Below, one piece after another: positions 56,776 through 64,000 of a stretch of DNA of 64,000 bases. The position numbers and the translations under genes were made by a program. This DNA is from Actinomycetota bacterium. Lineage in GTDB: Bacteria > Actinomycetota > Actinomycetes > Nanopelagicales > Nanopelagicaceae. Below the pieces are notes generated by a model. That model searched no databases. It was given only the letters and a program-made list of their open reading frames with translations, and was not told the origin of the DNA. The stretch is from the NCBI GenBank assembly GCA_009698615.1, contig WLPU01000005.1, forward strand, positions 16,051-80,050. The letters are read 5' to 3'. The stretch's first letter is position 1. Every line of letters begins with the position of its first letter.

Positions 56776-57618
56776 CTAGATTCCGACGGTGTGCCAAATA
56801 GTTTTGGCTTCAAGGAAGGAAATCATTCGCTCAGTCTTCACCTTTTCCCCAAATGCGAAGATGCGCTTGAGATTATCGGCACCGGCTTCCCGCAATGCAG
56901 TGTGATTCTTCTTTGCCGCACCTGAAATATCCATAGCATTGATATCCATATGAGATGCCATCCACGGAGCTAATTCATCTTTAATGCCAGTCAAAATATT
57001 GCACACACCTGCTGGAAGATCACTCGTGGCCAAGACTTCAGCAAAGGTAATTGCAGTCAAAGGTGCACTGTGACTTGCTACAAGAATCGCTGTATTTCCA
57101 GAGACTAGGACGGGTGCAAGACAATCAACGAGTCCTAAGAGAGATGGTTTTTCTGGAGCAAGTATTCCTACAACTCCCATAGGTTCGGGAACTGTAAAAT
57201 TATAATAGGGGCCAGCAACAGGGTTTGTAACACCGAACGTTGTTGCAATTTTATCTGCCCAACCGGCATACCAGACCCAACGATCAATGGATTGCGCCAC
57301 TTGTGCCTTGGCTTGCGCAGTCGTAGTCTTTTCTAAAAGTGAGATTTCTTCAACAAATTGCGATGTGCGACCTTCGAGCATCTCAGCGATGCGATAAAGA
57401 ATTTGTCCACGGTTGTAGGCAGTTGCACCAGCCCAGCCACTTTGCGCACCACGGGCTGCAGTTACAGCATCACGCAAATCTTTACGGGATGCCTGTGCTG
57501 GATTAGCGATGAAGTCTTTGCCAACTTTAATCTCGTACACGCGACCAGACTCAGAGCGTGGGAATTGTCCGTTGATGTAAAGTTTGTAAGTTTTTAGAAC
57601 TTCTATGCGATTAGTCAT
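56776..57618 (-). CDS. ALDH-fold protein lacking the catalytic domain (pseudo-enzyme or gene remnant)
   Basis: Aligns by eye to the N-terminal 260 or so residues of the upstream ALDH (YKLYINGQF, WYAGWADKI, LPAGVCNILTG). It then jumps to a short C-terminal tail, with no ELGGK Glu and no catalytic Cys. The ATG at 57618 overlaps the upstream stop by 8 nt. Confidence 0.7.
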   Translation of the reverse strand: MTNRIEVLKTYKLYINGQFPRSESGRVYEIKVGKDFIANPAQASRKDLRDAVTAARGAQSGWAGATAYNRGQILYRIAEMLEGRTSQFVEEISLLEKTTTAQAKAQVAQSIDRWVWYAGWADKIATTFGVTNPVAGPYYNFTVPEPMGVVGILAPEKPSLLGLVDCLAPVLVSGNTAILVASHSAPLTAITFAEVLATSDLPAGVCNILTGIKDELAPWMASHMDINAMDISGAAKKNHTALREAGADNLKRIFAFGEKVKTERMISFLEAKTIWHTVGI

Positions 57619-59074
57619 GATTGCCCCCCTTGAAGTAGGCACCTAATCCGTGGCGACCGCCTTCGCGTCCCCACCCTGATTCTTTATATCCGCCGAAGGG
57701 GCTCGTTGGATCAAATTTGTTAAATGTATTTGCCCAGATCACACCAGCTTGTAAATGTTTAGCCGCCCAGAGAATTCGCGAACCCTTTTCAGACCAGATA
57801 CCGGCAGAGAGCCCAAAAGGAGTGTTATTAGCCTTCTCCATGGCCTCTTGCGGGGTGCGGAAAGTGAGAACCGAAAGAACGGGTCCGAATATTTCTTCGC
57901 GAGCGATGCGGTGGGCTTGAGTGACGCCGGTGAATATAGTCGGAGGAAACCAGAAACCTTTATCTGGCAAAGCACACTCTGGGCTCCAACTTTCTCCACC
58001 TTCACGAATTCCAGCAGCGGAGAGCTCTTTGATTTTCGCCAACTGCTCGGATGAGTTAATAGCACCAATGTCTGTGTTTTTATCCATGGGGTCACCCAAG
58101 CGAATTTGGCTCATGCGGCGCTTGAGTTTGTCCAACACTTCATCATGAATTCCTTCTTGAACCAGCAAGCGGGAGCCAGCACAACAGACATGTCCTTGAT
58201 TAAAGAAAATACCGTTGACTATTCCTTCAACTGCTTCGTCAATAGCAGCATCTTCGAAAATTATGTTTGCACCCTTGCCGCCGAGTTCTAGAGTCAGGCT
58301 CTTTCCAGAATGAGCTACGGAGCGAGCAATAGTTTTGCCGACATCGGTTGACCCAGTGAAAGCAATCTTGTCGACATCAGGATGGTTGACGAGCGCAGCT
58401 CCAACCTTGCCATCGCCAGTGAGAATGTTGACCACACCTGCTGGAAGTTCAGCTTGTTGGCACACTTGCGCAAAGAGTAAAGCAGTGAGGGAAGTTGTCT
58501 CTGCTGGCTTGAGCACGATGGTATTTCCAGTTGCAAGTGCTGGAGCAATTTTCCAAGCAAGCATCAAGAGAGGGAAATTCCAAGGAATAATCGCTCCAAC
58601 CACGCCATGAGGTTTTGGATTATCTCCACAACCTGCATACTGCAATTTATCTGCCCAGCCTGCGTGGTAAAAGAAGTGCGCTGCTACGAGTGGAATATCT
58701 ACGTCGCGAGATTCGCGAATGGGTTTGCCATTATCTAAAGTCTCAAGGACTGCAAATTCGCGAGCACGCTCTTGCAGTATTCTTGCAATGCGGTAGAGGT
58801 ATTTTGCACGCTCTGCAGGTGGCATTTTTGACCAAGTTTTTTGATAAGCATTGCGGGCAGAAGAGACTGCTTTGTTCACATCCGCTGTGCTGGCCTGGGA
58901 AATCTTGCTGAGTTTTTCACCAGTGGCAGGGTTTATTGCAGGAAAGTGAGTTTTGCCAGGTACGAATTTTCCATTGATAAATAGGCCATAGGCAGAATCG
59001 ATCGACACGATTGCGCGAGATTCAGGCGCCGGTGCATAGTCGAAGGTGCTCATGGATGTATCACTCATTTTCAA
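57611..59074 (-). CDS. NAD(P)-dependent aldehyde dehydrogenase
   Basis: IIPWNFPLLM, FTGSTDVGK, LELGGKG, catalytic NQGHVCCAGSR, and EEIFGPV. 487 aa. Confidence 0.9.
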   Translation of the reverse strand: MKMSDTSMSTFDYAPAPESRAIVSIDSAYGLFINGKFVPGKTHFPAINPATGEKLSKISQASTADVNKAVSSARNAYQKTWSKMPPAERAKYLYRIARILQERAREFAVLETLDNGKPIRESRDVDIPLVAAHFFYHAGWADKLQYAGCGDNPKPHGVVGAIIPWNFPLLMLAWKIAPALATGNTIVLKPAETTSLTALLFAQVCQQAELPAGVVNILTGDGKVGAALVNHPDVDKIAFTGSTDVGKTIARSVAHSGKSLTLELGGKGANIIFEDAAIDEAVEGIVNGIFFNQGHVCCAGSRLLVQEGIHDEVLDKLKRRMSQIRLGDPMDKNTDIGAINSSEQLAKIKELSAAGIREGGESWSPECALPDKGFWFPPTIFTGVTQAHRIAREEIFGPVLSVLTFRTPQEAMEKANNTPFGLSAGIWSEKGSRILWAAKHLQAGVIWANTFNKFDPTSPFGGYKESGWGREGGRHGLGAYFKGGNHD

Positions 59075-60027
59075 TCGATGGTTACGTATTGAGGACTAGC
59101 GTATCGGCCATCGCGCATTTTCATGCGTTGCATGAGCAGATCATTGAGCAAGGCGCTGGCGCCAATACGAAATAAGTCTGGAGTGAGCCACTGTGGCCCA
59201 GCAGTTTCGTTGACAAGGACCAGCTGCTTGATTGCATCCTTTGTTGTACGAATGCCACCTGCTGCTTTAACGCCAATCTTTATCCCTGACATTGCGTAGA
59301 AATCCCGCACCGCTTCGAGCATTACCAGTACGACAGGGGCAGTGGCCGCTGGTGAGACTTTGCCGGTAGAAGTTTTAATAAAATCCGCCCCGGCCAACAT
59401 TGCGATGTATGAAGCCTTGCGAACATTGTCGTAGGTGACCAATTCTCCAGTTTCCAAAATAACTTTAAGATGAGCTCGTTCAACGCAAATATCTTTGATT
59501 ATCTTGATCTCATCGAATACTTTGCCATATCGCCCAGCTAGAAATGCACCTCGGTCTATCACCATGTCGATCTCGGTGGCTCCGGAAGCGATTGCATCTT
59601 GAGTATCTTGAATCTTTACCGGCATCGAAGCCCGTCCCGAAGGAAATGCCGTCGTGACTGCGGCAATGGGAAGGTCGTGCCCACCGATTGCATCAAGGTG
59701 TTGGCGAGCAACCCCGACCATGTCGTTATAAACGCAAATGGCACCTACCCGTGGAACAGATGAATCAGTCGGATCTGGCCGTAACCCCTTGGTGCACAGC
59801 GCACGAACCTTACCTGGAGTGTCGGCGCCTTCAAGAGTTGTTAAATCAACCATCGAAATTGCTAAATCGATTGCGTGTGCTTTGGCCGCGTTTTTGACAC
59901 TTCTCGTACCCAACATTGCCGCACGCGCTTGCGCTCCGACTTGATCAACACCAGGCAAGGTATGTAAGAAGTTTTTCAAAGAGGCTTCTGAACCATCGAT
60001 GATGGTGTCGGTCTTCATAATCGTCAA
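59071..60027 (-). CDS. deoC: Deoxyribose-phosphate aldolase (long, about 318-aa form)
   Basis: DeoC/LacD-type class I aldolase barrel with FIKTSTGK (Schiff-base Lys region) and KAAGGIR. Confidence 0.88.
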   Translation of the reverse strand: MTIMKTDTIIDGSEASLKNFLHTLPGVDQVGAQARAAMLGTRSVKNAAKAHAIDLAISMVDLTTLEGADTPGKVRALCTKGLRPDPTDSSVPRVGAICVYNDMVGVARQHLDAIGGHDLPIAAVTTAFPSGRASMPVKIQDTQDAIASGATEIDMVIDRGAFLAGRYGKVFDEIKIIKDICVERAHLKVILETGELVTYDNVRKASYIAMLAGADFIKTSTGKVSPAATAPVVLVMLEAVRDFYAMSGIKIGVKAAGGIRTTKDAIKQLVLVNETAGPQWLTPDLFRIGASALLNDLLMQRMKMRDGRYASPQYVTID

Positions 60028-60030
60028 AGG

Positions 60031-60744
60031 TTACCAGTTGGCCTTCGTAGCAATCCCGCCATCAAAATCATAAGTTGTACCTGTAGCCCAAGCATTTGCA
60101 CAGGAGAGTAAGAATTCGGCGACCCGAGCGACTTCGGTGGCATTTGCATATCGCGATAGCACAGATGAGCTCTTCCAAGCATTTACACCTTCGGGCCATG
60201 CTTCATCAATCCCAGCTTTGCCAACTAGACCCAGGCGAAGGCCAAGTGTGCGCATCGGAAAGAGTTCTTGCCCAGCAGATCGCGTGAGTGAATCAAGCGC
60301 AGCTTTGCTGGCACCGTAAATGGAATGGCCTGGCCTTGCTATGTTGGCTTCGATAGATGAGATATTCAAACATGCTTGCACCTTTGCTTTGGATGCCAGT
60401 GCGATGAGTTCGGCTGGAATAGAAACATTTGTATGGAAAATCTCATCAGCCGCAGCCGCAGTGGATTGATCAAGAGGCAGAACAACTTGGTTGGCTGCGT
60501 TATTGATCAGGAAATCAATCTTTCCGACTACTGCAATGGCGCTTTCAATGATCTTTGCTGCAGCATTCTCATGTTTGAAATCAACACGGATCATATGCAA
60601 GTTTCGTTTGGCTTCAAGATCAGAGGTGTTAATTTGGGCGTAAACAATTGCACCCAAGTCTAGAAAATGTTGTGTTAATGCGGTGCCGATAGTTCCGCTA
60701 GCTCCTGTTATCAGGACGACTTTGTCTTCGAATTCGCTAGCCAT
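60031..60744 (-). CDS. Short-chain dehydrogenase/reductase (classical SDR)
   Basis: TGASGTIG, NNAAN, catalytic S...YGASK. 237 aa. Confidence 0.85.
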   Translation of the reverse strand: MASEFEDKVVLITGASGTIGTALTQHFLDLGAIVYAQINTSDLEAKRNLHMIRVDFKHENAAAKIIESAIAVVGKIDFLINNAANQVVLPLDQSTAAAADEIFHTNVSIPAELIALASKAKVQACLNISSIEANIARPGHSIYGASKAALDSLTRSAGQELFPMRTLGLRLGLVGKAGIDEAWPEGVNAWKSSSVLSRYANATEVARVAEFLLSCANAWATGTTYDFDGGIATKANW

Positions 60745-61177
60745 GTATCAACCTTGCAACATCAGGACCATATTTATCAACCCAGAGATCGACTTGAGCG
60801 CGATCTGCGAGCCTTAACTGAGTAAATGCAGGTGTCACAAAGCAAACTGCTAAAGACCAAGGTCCAAGACTTTCGGCAGCCATCCAAACGCCAGGTCGGA
60901 CAGTAAATGAAAGATTAATATTTTCACGCTCACGCGAGAGAGTATGGATTTCCAAATTACCTTCGATGGTGTGAAGGGCAATGGGAGCCCCAGCTACATG
61001 CAGCCAAGTTTCAGCCTCTTGCAAAACATGCCAAGCAGAAAAATCTGGCTTCTCCATGAGAAAGTAAATACTGTTGCCATTTTCATTGCGGTTGATAGGT
61101 GCCCACATCCCACCTTCGCCTTCAAGGGGTTGAAGGTTTAATTGTGCACACACTTGTGATGCGGTCAGTGCATTCAT
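60737..61177 (-). CDS. DUF985/Cupin_5-family protein
   Basis: LQPLEGEGGMW, IYFLMEKPDFSAWHVLQEAETWLHVAG and AVCFVTPAF match the pattern of the YML079w-like cupins as I recall it. 146 aa. Confidence 0.65.
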   Translation of the reverse strand: MNALTASQVCAQLNLQPLEGEGGMWAPINRNENGNSIYFLMEKPDFSAWHVLQEAETWLHVAGAPIALHTIEGNLEIHTLSRERENINLSFTVRPGVWMAAESLGPWSLAVCFVTPAFTQLRLADRAQVDLWVDKYGPDVARLIHG

Positions 61178-62500
61178 CTACTTGATTTCGTCCAAGATTT
61201 TTATCCGCGAGTTGACCCTAGTAATGAGATCTTGCGCATCAATTTTTGTGCTTGCACGATTAGAGATAACGTGATCTCCCGCTACCCATACATCGGTGAC
61301 ATCTGCTCGGCCCGCTGCAAAGACTAAAAGGGCAAGGACGTTATGAACTGGTGTGAGATGTGGTTGAGCAAGATCAATCGCGATGAGATCTGCTTCTTTT
61401 CCAACTTCAATGCTTCCAATTCGATCACCCAGTCCCACGGCCGTTGCGCCATCAGCCGTTGCTGCTCGCACGATCTGTGTGAGATCTACATCTGCGGGTG
61501 TGCCACTGTAGGCAACTAAATGTGCGGCCATGCGCATCACAGCAAACATATCTAAATCATTACTGGATGAGCAGCCATCTGTGCCGAGCCCAACTTTGAT
61601 TCCAGTGGCGATCATTTTCTTAAATTGCGCAATTCCGCTGCCGAGTTTGAGATTGCTGCCCGGACAATGTGCGACTGCGCCGCCAGATTGGGCCACGATT
61701 TGCCTGTCGGAATCAGAAAGGTGAACACCATGGCCGTAAATAGTGTGGCGATCTAAGATGTGAGTATCCCGACACACTTGCGTGGGTGTTTTTCCGTAAC
61801 GTTTCTGGACATCTTCGTTTTCGCCGAGAGTTTCGGAAACATGCAAATGAATGCTCGCATTGAGTTCCTTTGCGATACCTGCCACTTGAGTTAAGTGTTC
61901 TGCAGAGTCGGTATAAGTACTGTGCGGCATGAGGTAAATGGGAATAAATGGCCCGCCGATGCTTGCCAATGCTTCTGGCCACTTGTATGCACGCTCAATT
62001 CTTGTTTGCCACTCAAGTCCGTCTAAGCCAGGGAAATCGAAGAAAATTGGCCCACAGATATGGCGTAGCCCCACTCGTACAGCCCCCTTATGGGTTGCAA
62101 CAGGATTGAGATACATATCCATTGTTGTTGTGGTGCCGCCAAGGAGAGCTTCAAGTGCTCCTAATTCAGTTCCTAATTGGGATGTTGCCTCATCCATGAT
62201 CGCACCTTCTGCAGCCCATACTCGCTTGAGAAAACCATCTAGATTGACGCCCTCTGCCCAACCCCGGAGCAGCGACATAGCAAGGTGAGTATGTGAATTT
62301 ACAAGCCCAGGACATATGAGATGGTTTGTGGCATCGAAAGTCTTAGTTGCGTTGAGGCCGGAAAGTTCTGCCATCTTGCCAATGTGTGAAATCCTGCCGT
62401 TAGTAATTGCGATTGAATAATTTTCAAAGATTTCGTTTTTACCATTGACTGTGACGAGGTAGCCAGCGTTGGAGATCAACAAGTCCACAGGCGTGCTCAT
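61178..62500 (-). CDS. Amidohydrolase, MtaD-type nucleoside deaminase (5-methylthioadenosine/SAH/5-deoxyadenosine deaminase-like)
   Basis: PGLVNSHTHLAMSLLRG, HLHVSET, VAHCPGSNLKLGSG, GLGTDGCSSSNDLDMF. 440 aa. Confidence 0.8.
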   Translation of the reverse strand: MSTPVDLLISNAGYLVTVNGKNEIFENYSIAITNGRISHIGKMAELSGLNATKTFDATNHLICPGLVNSHTHLAMSLLRGWAEGVNLDGFLKRVWAAEGAIMDEATSQLGTELGALEALLGGTTTTMDMYLNPVATHKGAVRVGLRHICGPIFFDFPGLDGLEWQTRIERAYKWPEALASIGGPFIPIYLMPHSTYTDSAEHLTQVAGIAKELNASIHLHVSETLGENEDVQKRYGKTPTQVCRDTHILDRHTIYGHGVHLSDSDRQIVAQSGGAVAHCPGSNLKLGSGIAQFKKMIATGIKVGLGTDGCSSSNDLDMFAVMRMAAHLVAYSGTPADVDLTQIVRAATADGATAVGLGDRIGSIEVGKEADLIAIDLAQPHLTPVHNVLALLVFAAGRADVTDVWVAGDHVISNRASTKIDAQDLITRVNSRIKILDEIK

Positions 62501-63234
62501 GAAAGTGACTTTATCGCACCGTCAATGATCGTAATTACCTTCTGGCTTGCGGCCGCAAGTGCTTGATTAATCTCCTCCATAGTTATTGGCCTCGCGCCGA
62601 CACCAGCTGCTGGATTTACCACAAGTGCAATAGCTCCATAGCGAAGAGCTGCTTCTTTGGCCAAGGAAACCTCAGGACAACCGGTCATTCCAACAACGGT
62701 TGCTCCCGCAAGTGCTGCCAGTCTGATTTCGGAGGGAGTTTCAAATCGGGGGCCATTGAATCCGGCGTAAATTCCACCCGTAGATAGTGCAATGCCCGCA
62801 GCAAGGGCAGATGCCGAAAGCGCAGCCTTGATGCGCGCATCATATAAATCTGACATATCAATATGCTGAACTCCGCCAGGCTGGATTCCGTCAAAGAAAG
62901 TACCTTCACGCCCTGATGTGAAATCTACGAAATCATCAAGAAGTTGCAGTGAACCAGCGCTTAATGCGGGATCAATCCCTCCAACAACATTGACCGCGAT
63001 AACTGCCTCAACGCCTTCATTCTTCAAGGCAGTGATATTTGCTCTGTAATTAACTTTGCTAGGTGGAACGCTGTGGTCTACTCCATGGCGAGTGAGGAAA
63101 ACTACATCCACGTTATGCCATTTTCCTTGGGTGATAAGGGCCTTGCCATACTGAGTATCAACCACATGCGGAGTTGCACCAGATAATGCAGGTAAGTTAT
63201 AGAAACCAGTTCCGGCAATAATCCCAATCTTCAT
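62497..63234 (-). CDS. MTAP-family purine nucleoside phosphorylase (methylthioadenosine/methylthioinosine phosphorylase-like)
   Basis: MKIGIIAGTGFY, FLTRHG, GPRFETPSE, VGMTGCPE. 245 aa. Confidence 0.85.
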   Translation of the reverse strand: MKIGIIAGTGFYNLPALSGATPHVVDTQYGKALITQGKWHNVDVVFLTRHGVDHSVPPSKVNYRANITALKNEGVEAVIAVNVVGGIDPALSAGSLQLLDDFVDFTSGREGTFFDGIQPGGVQHIDMSDLYDARIKAALSASALAAGIALSTGGIYAGFNGPRFETPSEIRLAALAGATVVGMTGCPEVSLAKEAALRYGAIALVVNPAAGVGARPITMEEINQALAAASQKVITIIDGAIKSLS

Positions 63235-63239
63235 GCGTA

Positions 63240-64000
63240 CTATTCCTTGAGTCCGGCCATAAGTCTGCCGATGTAATTGCGATCAGCATCTTTCGAATCT
63301 ACGATGGCAACTATTTTCCCACCAGACATCACTGCCACACGATCAGATAGCGAGAGAATTTCGTCGAGCTCTGCCGAAACCAATAAGACGGCTGTCCCTC
63401 GATCCCGTGCCGCAATAAGTTGATTATGAATAAATTCAATGGATCCAACATCCACGCCTCGTGTTGGCTGTGCGGCAACGAGAACTTTGAGATCCTCACT
63501 TAATTCGCGTGCAACTACAACTTTTTGCTTATTTCCTCCAGAGAGCGAACTCGCAAGGTTTTGAGCGGAGGGTGTGCGGATGTCAAATTTCGCAACCACG
63601 TCATCGGCATTGGTATTGACGTGGGAAATATTGCGGACCCAACCCTTGGCAAAAGGTTCAACATCGAATTGATTGAGAACCAGGTTGTCGGCGATGGAAT
63701 AGCTAGAAACAAGGCCGTGTTTTTCGCGATCTTCAGGTATATGTGAAATGCCTCCCGCATGTATTGCATGAGGATGTAAATCTTTAGTTTCTGCACCATC
63801 GACATGCACTTGGCCGGCAATGCGATGGCGCATGCCACAGATTGCTTCGACGAGTTCTCGTTGTCCATTTCCTTCAACTCCAGCAACGCCCAAGATCTCA
63901 CCGTGGTGGACTACGAGGTCAACGCCCTTGACTGATAATAACTTTCGATCATCAAGGACTTGAAGACCGACAACTTCAAGAGCTGGTTTGCCGGGTTTGG
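63240..64000 (-). CDS. Two-NBD ABC ATPase (sugar/nucleoside, RbsA/BMP-system type), N-terminal part outside the window
   Basis: The frame stays open to nt 64000 (...PGKPALEVVGLQVLDDRKLLSVKGVDLVVHHGEILGVAGVEGNGQ). Second-NBD signature LSGGNKQK and Walker B LVAAQPTRGVD. Confidence 0.85.
   Translation of the reverse strand, partial: KPGKPALEVVGLQVLDDRKLLSVKGVDLVVHHGEILGVAGVEGNGQRELVEAICGMRHRIAGQVHVDGAETKDLHPHAIHAGGISHIPEDREKHGLVSSYSIADNLVLNQFDVEPFAKGWVRNISHVNTNADDVVAKFDIRTPSAQNLASSLSGGNKQKVVVARELSEDLKVLVAAQPTRGVDVGSIEFIHNQLIAARDRGTAVLLVSAELDEILSLSDRVAVMSGGKIVAIVDSKDADRNYIGRLMAGLKE

Overview
This window reads as core chromosome from a genome-streamlined actinobacterium with fairly low GC. Gene order follows the Mycobacterium/Streptomyces backbone: infA-rpmJ-rpsM-rpsK-rpsD-rpoA-rplQ-truA, then rplM-rpsI-glmM-glmS-(PAP2)-acpS-alr, tsaE-tsaB-rimI-tsaD-groES-groEL-whiB, guaB-guaB3-guaA, and pcrA-sucC-sucD-perM-purN-purH-folD-mdh-icd. 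A freshwater acI/Nanopelagicales-like lineage is my guess only. I call 68 protein genes, two of them cut by the window edges. By my calls about 97 percent of the window is coding, and about two dozen same-strand gene junctions overlap by 1, 4, 8 or 10 nt. I saw no rRNA, tRNA, CRISPR array, transposase, integrase, phage gene or recognisable defence system. Accessory-like content is limited to three blocks. (a) 1-6462: a Dpp-type ABC importer fused to amino-sugar catabolism genes. (b) 19832-26212: a Liv-type ABC importer plus a secreted alpha/beta-hydrolase, wedged between alr and tsaE. (c) 52958-64000: two convergent nucleoside/methylthioadenosine salvage operons. The most interesting observations are these. 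A MerR-HTH regulator carries the full CarH-type B12 photoreceptor signature (W-x9-EH plus an axial His) and is divergent from whiB. Several enzymes have lost domains: an IMP dehydrogenase without its CBS/Bateman module, a NagA without its beta-sandwich domain, and an ALDH paralog without its catalytic domain. A long, tightly coupled minus-strand operon embeds a DUF985 cupin and an SDR among MTA and nucleoside salvage genes. A structured leader lies in front of the orphan msiK ATPase. All functional calls rest on motif recognition by eye; no database search was run.
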